Assembly: GCA_963827685.1 (NCBI GenBank) | Contig: CAWHBU010000002.1 | Coordinates: 704,001 to 768,000, forward strand | Origin: an uncultured delta proteobacterium | Lineage (GTDB): Bacteria > Desulfobacterota > BSN033 > UBA1163 | DNA: 64,000 bases | Direction of reading: 5' to 3' | Shown: piece after piece, positions 18,820-27,891 of the stretch | Layout: each line of letters opens with the position of its first letter | Position numbering within the stretch: the stretch's first letter is position 1 | The notes under the pieces: generated by a model | Seen by the model: the letters and a program-made list of their open reading frames with translations, nothing else | Database searches by the model: none | Told to the model about the DNA's origin: nothing | Program-made: the position numbers and the translations under genes

Positions 18820-19245
18820 ATGCCAGTTAAACAAATCTCTGTCAGTCTCGAAAATGCTCCAGGGAAACTTTCCGAAGTAAGTGAATATTTAGGCGAAAAT
18901 GGTATCAATATTATCGCCCTGAGTGTTGCCGATACCGCGGATATCAGTGCTGTTCGATTTGTGGCGAACGATCCTGAAAAAGCAGCGAATGTCTTAAAGA
19001 GCCATGGACATTCGATAAGAATAACCGATGTGTTAGCGGTAGAGACACCGAATCATCCGGGAGGTCTGAACGCTGTTTTAAAACCCCTTAAAGAAGTTTC
19101 CATTAACGTCAATTATCTTTATACATGCCTCGGAACAGGGGAGAAGACGGTTCTCATTGTGGGCGTGGACAAAATGGCCGAAGCCATGCAGGTTTTAAAG
19201 AAGAACTGGGTCCATATGTATGATGAGGAGCTCTATCGGTTGTGA
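18820..19245 (+). CDS. Tandem ACT-domain (amino acid-binding) protein
   Basis: QISVSLENAPGKL, GINIIALSVADT, NHPGGL, INVNYLY. Confidence 0.9.
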   Translation: MPVKQISVSLENAPGKLSEVSEYLGENGINIIALSVADTADISAVRFVANDPEKAANVLKSHGHSIRITDVLAVETPNHPGGLNAVLKPLKEVSINVNYLYTCLGTGEKTVLIVGVDKMAEAMQVLKKNWVHMYDEELYRL

Positions 19246-19251
19246 TCGAGC

Positions 19252-20100
19252 CTAAGCATAGCTATGGAGCCCTGAGATAATATAATTGACGCCGAAATAG
19301 GTAAATAAAACTGCCGCAAATCCAACAATCGACAGAATGGCTGCCTTTCTTCCCCTCCAATCTTTTGTAAATCGAGCGTGTAAAAAAGCAGCGTAAACAA
19401 ACCAGGTAATGAGAGACCAGGTCTCTTTGGGATCCCAACTCCAGTAACTTCCCCAAGCATAATTCGCCCATGCAGCACCCGTGATGATCCCCAAGCTCAG
19501 CATGGGGAAACCGATCACAATGGATTTGTAATTGATCTCGTCCAGGACAGGGGTCGAAGGCAACCATTTTGCCCCCCCCTCCTGAGGTGAACCTTTTCTG
19601 TCCCGAATTAAATAGAGGATGCTGACTCCAAAGGATACGGCAAAAGAAGCGTATCCAAAAAAACAGGTGGTCACATGAATGGTCAGCCAATTGCTCTGGA
19701 GGGCAGGCATCAGGGGGGTAATCTTTGCGTCAATGCCAGGGACGATAGAGGTCAGGGCGATAGCCAGGAAAGCAAAGGGAGTGATAAAAACCCCTACGAT
19801 CTTCTGCCGGTATTTGAATTCGAGAATCAGATAAATCAAAACGATGGTCCACGAGAAGAAGATCAAGGATTCATACATATTGGATAAGGGAACATAGCCA
19901 TAGCCCGTCTGATGTGTTTCCAACCAACGGACGACAAGGCCTCCTGAGTGGATGACGAGTCCAATGATCAGCAGGGAGGTGGAGAGGATCCCGAGTATTT
20001 TATTTCGTGTGGCCGTAAGGATGAGATAGCCTAAAAAACAAAAGAGATAGATAGCCATTGAAATATTAAAAAATGTTTGGCTTGAAAAGGAAAAAATCAT
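19252..20100 (-). CDS. ccsB: System II cytochrome c biogenesis protein (CcsA/CcsB/ResC)
   Basis: PALQSNWLTIHV, WANYAWGSYWSWDPKETW (WWD motif), GLHSYA; likely start ATG 20100. Confidence 0.93.
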   Translation of the reverse strand: MIFSFSSQTFFNISMAIYLFCFLGYLILTATRNKILGILSTSLLIIGLVIHSGGLVVRWLETHQTGYGYVPLSNMYESLIFFSWTIVLIYLILEFKYRQKIVGVFITPFAFLAIALTSIVPGIDAKITPLMPALQSNWLTIHVTTCFFGYASFAVSFGVSILYLIRDRKGSPQEGGAKWLPSTPVLDEINYKSIVIGFPMLSLGIITGAAWANYAWGSYWSWDPKETWSLITWFVYAAFLHARFTKDWRGRKAAILSIVGFAAVLFTYFGVNYIISGLHSYA

Positions 20101-20235
20101 ATTCCTGCTCCGCGATACACCACCGCATCCTTCCCCTTGTGAGGGGGAGGATGCGGTAAGAGTTATCATGAATTAATGTGTTTATATTATATCAAAAATA
20201 ACCGATACCAATTTGAATGTCAATTTTAATACAAC

Positions 20236-20306
20236 AACCCCCCTTCATCCCCCCTTAATTTAAGGGGGGAATAGAGGGGGGTTACAAGGGGGGATGAAGG
20301 GGGGTT
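20236..20306. repeat. Perfect 21-bp inverted repeat with G/C runs (REP-like)
   Basis: AACCCCCCTTCATCCCCCCTT ... AAGGGGGGATGAAGGGGGGTT, with an inner CCCCCCTTAA-T-TTAAGGGGGG. Confidence 0.8.
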
Positions 20307-20559
20307 AGGGGAGTTAGGTCCATCTATTTTAGACTCTTATTGTCCAACGAGGAAGCCTGCGGTAGAGTTGGACGGCGGACAACGCAACCTAACCCCCCAC
20401 ACCTCCCCTTAAGTTAAAGGGAGGGTAACCCACAAAAGACCCGGAATAACTTATTCATGTTAGGAAAAATCCAAAATCTCCCTCTTGAGGAAAAAGGAGA
20501 GAAGGGGGGGTTAACACTGTTTCAAGAAGGTAGAGAAAAGAAGGAGGGCAGGGGGGTGC

Positions 20560-21318
20560 CTATTTCTGCGCAGCGATTTTATCTTTTTTTAAAGCAACGG
20601 AAGCAGGAATCGTCTTTTTGCCTGGTTTGACCATTTCGGCAAGTTGGATTTCATAGGTTGCTTTCAGTAACAATACCCCGTCGTCTTTGTGTCGGTGAAT
20701 GAACTCTTCCATGGCTGAATATTCTTGTTTCTTAAAAATATTACGGCAATTCCTCAACAAATACATTAAATGGATGTCGTCTAATTTATAATAGATTTCG
20801 AGAGGACAGTGAGATTCCTCAGGAATCCTTTCTAAATCCCTAATATCGACATCTTCAGCAATTGCACGATACAATTTAAGAAAAGCATCGATTTTGTTTT
20901 GAGAAAGCGAGGGGGTCAATTCTCTTTTTAATTGTTTGGAAACTTCTTCAGATTGGATTTCGATGGTGGTACATTTCAGGGAGTAGTCTCCGGGGATCAA
21001 CAGGTATTTCAACGGTTCATCAATTTTCTCTCTAAATTTCTTAATCACAAATTTTTCTTTTCCATTGGTTGCCTTGAAAAAGGAAGCCTTGACAGGCTCG
21101 GAGTAGGACTTTTCGCTGACGAATGAGTCGTCAATGATTTTCAAATCTTCTAATTGATGTCCCTGATGATGGGTTAAGAAATCTTGATAATCATCTATCT
21201 CAATGCTTCGAAAATTCTCCAGGGACCGGTCGGGGTCAAATTTATATTCCGGGTATTGGTCAAAGGGCGTTTTCATGAAAATCGCGTCACAATTTTTACA
21301 GCGGATGAGCTGGTTCAT
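20560..21318 (-). CDS. Hypothetical protein, possible N-terminal Zn site
   Basis: CKNC ... HHQGH; 19 bp downstream of the HD-GYP gene. Confidence 0.75.
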   Translation of the reverse strand: MNQLIRCKNCDAIFMKTPFDQYPEYKFDPDRSLENFRSIEIDDYQDFLTHHQGHQLEDLKIIDDSFVSEKSYSEPVKASFFKATNGKEKFVIKKFREKIDEPLKYLLIPGDYSLKCTTIEIQSEEVSKQLKRELTPSLSQNKIDAFLKLYRAIAEDVDIRDLERIPEESHCPLEIYYKLDDIHLMYLLRNCRNIFKKQEYSAMEEFIHRHKDDGVLLLKATYEIQLAEMVKPGKKTIPASVALKKDKIAAQK

Positions 21319-21337
21319 TTAAATCTCTCGAGTCATT

Positions 21338-22471
21338 TCAATATAAGCTAGCAGGGACTCTCAGATGATCTTTCACGAGAAAGACTTCTTCCATCTCCTT
21401 CAAAACGTCTACGAAAAGAGAGACCAACTTTGGGTCAAATTGTTTTCCGGCGTTTTTCAGCAATTCATTCTTCGCATCTCCATTGGCAAGAGGTTTTCGA
21501 TAGGGGCGATCAGAGGTCATGCTGTCATAGGCATCGGAGATGGTGATAATTCTTGCCCCCAATGGGATTTGTTCTCCCATCAATCCGTCCGGATAGCCTG
21601 TTCCGTCATAACGCTCATGATGGTGCTGAATATAAGAAAGAATGTTGGAGGAGAGGTTTAAGGGCATTAAAAGTTCAATCGACTTTTTAGTGTGCTGCTT
21701 AATGATGGCCCAATCCGTTGGAGTCAGAGTTCCTTTCTTATTAATAAACCGATTGCTAATGCCGATCTTTCCAATGTCATGGAGATAAGAGGCAATTTGA
21801 AGCTCACTCCGCTCTTTAGGTGAAAAACCGAGCCGTTTGGAAATGAAATCCGAATAATAACAGACCCGTTCTGAGTGACCCGAGGTATACGGATCTTTCT
21901 CTTCAAGCGTGTAGGCGAGGACTTTCGCAAATTCCAAACAACTTTGGGTGTCTGAAAGGTTGATCTCATCCCATTTCCCGTCAGTGATTCCCTGGCTCTC
22001 TTTTTGGAGAAGGAAATCGGAATCGACGACAGGTTCTTTAAGCAATTGTTGATTAAAACAGTTACCAAGAATTTCTTTTACCTTCCGATTCAGTTTCCGT
22101 CGTTGAATCGATTTGTCAATAATGGATAAGATTTCGGGAACATTGAAAGGCTTCGGGATATAATCAAAGACACCGTAACGAATGCCCTCGATCGCACTTT
22201 TTAACGTTCCGTATCCTGTGATGATGATAACCATCACATCAGGATCAATCACTCGAATCTCTTTCAGGGCATCGATCCCCGTCAAGCCGGGCATCTTGAG
22301 GTCTAATGTCAGAACGTCCATTTCAATTTGTTGAATCATCTGAATAGCGGCGTATCCATTCTCAACGGCATACACGTTATAGTTTGGTTTTAAAACCATC
22401 CTTAAAGATTCTCTTGGCCCAATTTCATCATCGACAATGAGGATGTTCGGTGCGTTGGCTTTCGCTTCCAT
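21338..22471 (-). CDS. Response regulator with HD-GYP cyclic-dinucleotide phosphodiesterase domain (RpfG-like)
   Basis: REC (VDDE, LDLKMP, TGY, KPF); GHSERV, LHDIGK, HHERYDGTGYPDGL, DAYDSMTSDRPYR; start refined to ATG 22471. Confidence 0.93.
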   Translation of the reverse strand: MEAKANAPNILIVDDEIGPRESLRMVLKPNYNVYAVENGYAAIQMIQQIEMDVLTLDLKMPGLTGIDALKEIRVIDPDVMVIIITGYGTLKSAIEGIRYGVFDYIPKPFNVPEILSIIDKSIQRRKLNRKVKEILGNCFNQQLLKEPVVDSDFLLQKESQGITDGKWDEINLSDTQSCLEFAKVLAYTLEEKDPYTSGHSERVCYYSDFISKRLGFSPKERSELQIASYLHDIGKIGISNRFINKKGTLTPTDWAIIKQHTKKSIELLMPLNLSSNILSYIQHHHERYDGTGYPDGLMGEQIPLGARIITISDAYDSMTSDRPYRKPLANGDAKNELLKNAGKQFDPKLVSLFVDVLKEMEEVFLVKDHLRVPASLY

Positions 22472-22520
22472 TGGCTCCCCTTCCCAATTCAAAATGAGAA
22501 TCAGATAAGAGATATACTTA

Positions 22521-22536
22521 AGCAAAAAGTTTGCCA
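22521..22536 (-). promoter_or_regulatory. Sigma-54 (-24/-12) promoter for the HD-GYP gene
   Basis: TGGCAAACTTTTTGCT, canonical GG-N10-GC spacing, AT-rich upstream region. Confidence 0.7.
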
Positions 22537-22687
22537 TCTGTAGGCAAGACATATTATTTCATTAAACTAATAACTCTTTGAAATTAAAAAGGAATTGTTA
22601 ACTAATCTGGAGGGACAAACCTCGTAGGGATAGGGGTAATTTAATATTTTTCAAAATTGAACAGAAATCAACAATTTTGTAATGATT

Positions 22688-24073
22688 TTAGTAGTCTTTA
22701 AACTTATTCTGATCAATGCCTAATTTGTCCATTTTATATTTTAATATTCGACGGCTAATCCCCAAGATTTCTGCAGCATGAGATTGGACATAATTGGTCC
22801 TTTTTAGGGCGTCTAAAATAACCTCCCTTTCAAATTCTTCTTCGGCCTGTAAGAAGGAGACTTTTCCGTCTAAAATAGATTCTTTTAATCCATTGATTTT
22901 AGGAATATTCTTAAAAGAAAGAGGCAATTCATTCAATTGAATATATTCGTTGGATGTCAAGGCAATCACCCGCTCGATTAAATTCTCCAATTCCCGAATA
23001 TTTCCAGGCCATTCATATTGCATCATCAATTCTAAAGCCTCTTTACTGATCCCTTTCACATTCTTATTATTTTCGACACCAAATTTTTTTATAAAATGAT
23101 CAATCAGCAAGGGGATGTCCTCTTTCCTTTCCCTCAAAGGGGGAATCAGGATGGGGACAACGTTGATTCGATAATAGAGATCTTCACGAAAAGTTCCTTT
23201 TTTGATCAGCTGGTTCAAATCTTTATTGGTCGCCGTAATCAGCCTGACATCGACCTTGATCGTCTTCGATCCCCCAACGCGATTGAATTCTCTTTCTTCC
23301 AGAAACCTGAGGATTTTGGCCTGGGTCGCTAAACTCAACTCCCCGATCTCATCGAGGAAGAGGGTCCCTTGGTGGGCGACCTCGAAGCGACCTAACTTTT
23401 TCTCTATGGCATTGGTGAACGCCCCTTTTTCATGGCCGAATAATTCACTCTCAATCAGTGTTTCTGGAATGGCGGCGCAGTTAATGGTGACAAACGGATA
23501 ATTTACCCGATTGCTATTATAATGGATGGCCCGAGAGATCAGTTCCTTTCCTGTTCCGCTCTCTCCCATGATTAAAGCAGTCGATCTCGAATCAGCGATT
23601 TGTTTGACCACTTTAAAAACGTCCTTCATCAATTTGCTTTTCCCGATGATATTTCCGAAATCGAAACTTTTTTCCATTTCTTCGCGACGATATTTAACCT
23701 CTCGCTCCAGGGCCTTCGTGGATAAAGAGCGGCTGATAATGAGACGCAGTTCGTCAATATCGAATGGTTTGGTTATGTAATCATAGGCTCCAAGCTTCAT
23801 CGCTTCGACGGCCGTCTTCACGGTTTTCGTGGCCGTAATCATGATCACAATCATATCCGCGTCATTCTGTTTGATTCTTTCTAACACTTTTATCCCATCG
23901 AGGTCGGGCAAAATGATATCGAGGAGGATGACGTCTGGGGAGTGCAATTTGACTTGGAGAAATGCCTCTTCCGCGTCTTTAGCTAAAAACACCTCATAAT
24001 CATTCTTTAAAACCATCTTGAGAGATTCTCTGGCACCAACCTCATCATCAACGACTAAAACACTTTTCACCAT
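22688..24073 (-). CDS. NtrC-family sigma-54 response regulator (REC-AAA-Fis)
   Basis: GESGTGKE, ESELFGHEKGAFTNA, FLDEIGE, FREDLYYR, WPGNIREL; start refined to ATG 24073. Confidence 0.95.
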   Translation of the reverse strand: MVKSVLVVDDEVGARESLKMVLKNDYEVFLAKDAEEAFLQVKLHSPDVILLDIILPDLDGIKVLERIKQNDADMIVIMITATKTVKTAVEAMKLGAYDYITKPFDIDELRLIISRSLSTKALEREVKYRREEMEKSFDFGNIIGKSKLMKDVFKVVKQIADSRSTALIMGESGTGKELISRAIHYNSNRVNYPFVTINCAAIPETLIESELFGHEKGAFTNAIEKKLGRFEVAHQGTLFLDEIGELSLATQAKILRFLEEREFNRVGGSKTIKVDVRLITATNKDLNQLIKKGTFREDLYYRINVVPILIPPLRERKEDIPLLIDHFIKKFGVENNKNVKGISKEALELMMQYEWPGNIRELENLIERVIALTSNEYIQLNELPLSFKNIPKINGLKESILDGKVSFLQAEEEFEREVILDALKRTNYVQSHAAEILGISRRILKYKMDKLGIDQNKFKDY

Positions 24074-24168
24074 CTCACCCCTCGACATCGTCTCCCTCTT
24101 TGAGATTTCTGAAAAAATCGACAAATCTCTATTAAGAGAGCCCATAGCAGTTCTTCAGAGCTCTCTTT

Positions 24169-25716
24169 TTAGACATTCCCAGGTTGATAATAAATTAACT
24201 TCCTTCTTTCAATGGGAAACTTCAAAGAAATAATTGTCCTCGGTTTCTTCTCATTGACTTCGAACTTCATCATCCCTCGGTTCTTTTGAATAATCTCTTT
24301 AATAAGTCGTAATTCCAATTCAACGGCTTCTTCTTTTTGAACCCCGGGGATTCCCAACACGGTCTCAAATTGTTCAATGGGCTTTTTATAACCCGTGAAA
24401 ACGATCAATACCTCAACATACCCCCCGTTCTTGTAATGAAATGTTTTAACGCCGGCGGGTTCTGTTTGCAGATCAAAGGATTTGGTCAAGAATCCGATGC
24501 TCCCACCGGGAGGGATGGAAGGCATGGCATATTGAAGAAGAGCATTTAAGATATATCTGAGCTGCTCATCATGAACAATCGTCTCAGGAAGGTCCTTCTC
24601 GAATTTCTTAAATATTTTTATCTTTTTATCTTCCAGTTGTATTTCATGTCTTTTTAAGACCTCTTCAAGGATGAAGTGAACCGTGTCCTTTTTTTCAATG
24701 GGGGTATTGATTTTAATATAAGTGAGAAGACCGTTCAGCACATAATCGATCTTCTCGATATCTTCCGTGACAATCCTGTAAAAATGTTCTCTGAATTCCC
24801 CATCGTTGAATTTCTCTCGTAAAAGTTGAGTAAAGGTCTTGATAGAGACCAAGGGATTTTTGATACGATGAACTAATTCAATTAAAAAGAGTAATAAAAG
24901 ATTGGCATTCTGTTCAGAGGAGAAGCTTCGTGGTTTCGATTCGGTTGATTCCACATCTGCCTTTTTCAGAAAGGTGCTAAAGGATTTATTTTCACTTTCG
25001 GTTTCGAAAAGGAGGTCCTTTTCTGTTAGATTGTTGCCTTCTGAAAACATGGCACTTCGAATAATGACTTGCTCCAGTTCTCTCAGGTTCCCGGGCCACC
25101 AATAGTTCTGAAATAATTTAAGAACGTTGTTAGAAATTTCTATTTTATTTATTTTCATTTTTTTAGAGTACTCTTTCAAAATATGTTGAGCAATCGTTGA
25201 AATCTCTTTGGGGCGGTCTCTCAGGGGGGGAATATGGATCGATAGAGCATTTAATCGGTGGTATAAATCCTCTGAAAATTTGCCCTGGGAAACTTTTTCT
25301 TTCAAATTTTCTGAAGACGATGCGATGAATCTGAGATTTTTGATGACCCTTCTGTCGGTGCCATTTTGGAAAAACCCGTCTTCAAGCAGGTCCAGCAGCT
25401 TTGACTGGTTGGATTGTCCCAATTCCCCAATCTCCTTTAAGTAAACCGCAGCAGGGATGGTTCCGAAATTGTTTTCCTTAAAGATACGGATAAACTGGTC
25501 ATTGAATGAATCCTCTGTTTGAGTCTTACAATCGATCTTGTGAAAACGATAGTATTTCCAATCTCCAGCATAATGGATGATCTTCGCAACCAATTCTTTT
25601 TCTGTCCCGTGCTCGCCCTGGATGAAAACGGGAACATTAGTATGAGCAGCCTTCTGGGTGAGCGGAATAATCTGAGATGGAATGATTGGGGAATGAATCA
25701 ACTCTTGGTAATTCAT
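24169..25716 (-). CDS. Degenerate sigma-54 activator AAA domain fused to a degenerate HisKA/HATPase module
   Basis: GEHGTEKE, YLKEIGEL, no GAFTGA, WPGNLREL; C-terminal ELVHRIKNPL without G-boxes. Confidence 0.8.
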   Translation of the reverse strand: MNYQELIHSPIIPSQIIPLTQKAAHTNVPVFIQGEHGTEKELVAKIIHYAGDWKYYRFHKIDCKTQTEDSFNDQFIRIFKENNFGTIPAAVYLKEIGELGQSNQSKLLDLLEDGFFQNGTDRRVIKNLRFIASSSENLKEKVSQGKFSEDLYHRLNALSIHIPPLRDRPKEISTIAQHILKEYSKKMKINKIEISNNVLKLFQNYWWPGNLRELEQVIIRSAMFSEGNNLTEKDLLFETESENKSFSTFLKKADVESTESKPRSFSSEQNANLLLLFLIELVHRIKNPLVSIKTFTQLLREKFNDGEFREHFYRIVTEDIEKIDYVLNGLLTYIKINTPIEKKDTVHFILEEVLKRHEIQLEDKKIKIFKKFEKDLPETIVHDEQLRYILNALLQYAMPSIPPGGSIGFLTKSFDLQTEPAGVKTFHYKNGGYVEVLIVFTGYKKPIEQFETVLGIPGVQKEEAVELELRLIKEIIQKNRGMMKFEVNEKKPRTIISLKFPIERRKLIYYQPGNV

Positions 25717-27890
25717 CGTTTTTCAAAGATACTGGAAATATTCTGACTATTTTCTAAATCTCTCTTTCGTCTTTTGAAATGATCCTGATTGACCGGCAAA
25801 TTGATAAAAAAGGAAGATCCCTCGTCCAGCTGACTCTCCACAACAATATAGCCTCTATGGTCCTGAATGATCTGATGCGAGATGGATAGCCCTAATCCGC
25901 TTCCTGCGCTTTTCGTGGTGAAGAAGGGATTGAAGATGTCTTCTAAATGCTCCCCTGGGATGCCACAACCTGTGTCGGCAAACTCAATCTGGACATAAGG
26001 TTCTCCCGCTGGTTTTGTAAAGGATCGGGTTTTAACTGTAATGGTTCCATTCTCGTGGGTGGCCTGAATTGCATTTAACAAGATGTTCAAGAAAACTTGT
26101 TTAATCTGTTCCCGGTCAATCTGGACACGAGGTAAATCGGAGGCATAATTCTTAATAACGTTAATTTGTTTCTTCTTTGCTTCTGTCGAAACTAAGAGGA
26201 TCATTCCATCTAAAATCGTGTTGATCTCCTCCAACTCCAACTTTGGATCGGAAGGTCTAGCAAAATCGAGAAGCTCGTTGACCAACGAAGAAATCCGATC
26301 TACTTCGCCGGAGGCAATCTTCAGGAATTGGTCTCGGAATTCTTCGTCGTCAAGCCGGTCTGGAAGTAATTGTGTTAATGTCTTAATGGCGACAAGGGGA
26401 TTACGAATTTCATGGGCCAGCCCAGCAGTAAGGGTCCCCAGAGAAGCAAGACGGTCTGCCCTTCGAATATAGGATTTTGATCTCTTCAAATCTTCATAAA
26501 GCCTTGCATTCTCAATAGCGATCGCTGTTTGGTTCGCCAGGGTGTTGAGTAATTCAATATCTTCATCGGAATAAATATCCTTATTAAACTTATGGCTTAA
26601 ATTAATCATCCCGATAAGCTGTCCCTTCCAAATGAGGGGAATACTCACTTCTGCTTCTAATAAAGACATTTTCTTAATAAGATTATTTAATTCTGGGATA
26701 TTGGCTCCCTTGGCCATTTCTTCCCGAATAATAATCTCTCTTAGTTTTTGTAGATAGCGGGGTAGGGGATCGTCTTTAGGAAGTTGAGAGGTTGAAGCGG
26801 TTAGTTTAATATTCTTAGACTCAAATAGACTATACCCTCCCTTTTCCTCATTCACTAAAAAGAGCGAGGCTTTCTCAACTCCCATGGTCTGGGTGATTGT
26901 TTCAATAATGTTTTTGGAAAGAGATTGTAAATCGAGGATGGAAACCATGGCCTTGCTGAATTTTCCCAATGTTTCACGGTAGTCGTAACGACCTTTAAAC
27001 AAAAAGTGTTCTACTGCTTTTTCTGTTTGACCCTTTATCCTGTAAAATAAAATGGTGATCAAAAAGAGGAGTGCAACAATAATAGCCGAAAATAGATAAC
27101 TGATCTTATTGAAAAAGACCTTTTGACTCAGAAGGATGAAAACAAATGACGGGACAAACAGAAGTGCCAATAGAAGAACATAAGTTGTCCCTTTCTTTAA
27201 AACAATATTAATGTCCATCAACCGATGTCTGATAATTGCGTAGGTTATAAAACTAACCATAATTATTGTTGTTGCAGGTCCCAAATGACTGAGTCGTGAC
27301 GTTCCGAATAAGGGCAAAATTAAGTTTAACGTAACTGCCGGGATGGTCGTTATAAAAGTTCCCAGAAAACAATATTTAATTTGAATACGTTCTAATCCAA
27401 CCGAATTTGTGTAGGATTTAATTAGAAAAAATATCGCTCCAAACATACCCGCCAATAAATAAATTGAAAAAACTTTGTGGCCAATACCGTAAGTTGCTTT
27501 GAGCGTTTCCCAACGAACGGAGCGTACCATCAATCCAGTAAGAGAGGTTATTACAAATATAGAGGATACAGAAGCAATGATAACGATTGCCCAACGAGAG
27601 ACGTTACGTTTTTCTCTGGGGAAAATTAATGAAAAATAAAGGAAACTGGAAGGAATAATGCTTGCTGCCACAAAACTCATTCTTATCCATAACAACCTCC
27701 ACCATGCATCTTCAACCAAGTAAACCATTAAGATGCTAAACGCCCAGCCTGCCAGCGCCCACGTAAAAATAGAGAATGAAATGTTAACCCGGCGGTGAAG
27801 AGAATTTTTCGAATAAACCAATAAACCCAGTGCAGCATTCAGCAAAAAAGCACTTGATAAAGCGATGTTCGGGATATTTAACTGGTCCAT
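25713..27890 (-). CDS. Membrane sensor histidine kinase (7TM-type N-terminus, GAF, HisKA, HATPase)
   Basis: About 9 hydrophobic segments ending YAIIRHRLMDI; LANQTAIAIENARLY; AHEIRNPL; NAIQA, DTGCGI, FFTTK, GSGLGL. Confidence 0.93.
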   Translation of the reverse strand: MDQLNIPNIALSSAFLLNAALGLLVYSKNSLHRRVNISFSIFTWALAGWAFSILMVYLVEDAWWRLLWIRMSFVAASIIPSSFLYFSLIFPREKRNVSRWAIVIIASVSSIFVITSLTGLMVRSVRWETLKATYGIGHKVFSIYLLAGMFGAIFFLIKSYTNSVGLERIQIKYCFLGTFITTIPAVTLNLILPLFGTSRLSHLGPATTIIMVSFITYAIIRHRLMDINIVLKKGTTYVLLLALLFVPSFVFILLSQKVFFNKISYLFSAIIVALLFLITILFYRIKGQTEKAVEHFLFKGRYDYRETLGKFSKAMVSILDLQSLSKNIIETITQTMGVEKASLFLVNEEKGGYSLFESKNIKLTASTSQLPKDDPLPRYLQKLREIIIREEMAKGANIPELNNLIKKMSLLEAEVSIPLIWKGQLIGMINLSHKFNKDIYSDEDIELLNTLANQTAIAIENARLYEDLKRSKSYIRRADRLASLGTLTAGLAHEIRNPLVAIKTLTQLLPDRLDDEEFRDQFLKIASGEVDRISSLVNELLDFARPSDPKLELEEINTILDGMILLVSTEAKKKQINVIKNYASDLPRVQIDREQIKQVFLNILLNAIQATHENGTITVKTRSFTKPAGEPYVQIEFADTGCGIPGEHLEDIFNPFFTTKSAGSGLGLSISHQIIQDHRGYIVVESQLDEGSSFFINLPVNQDHFKRRKRDLENSQNISSIFEKR

Positions 27891-27891
27891 T

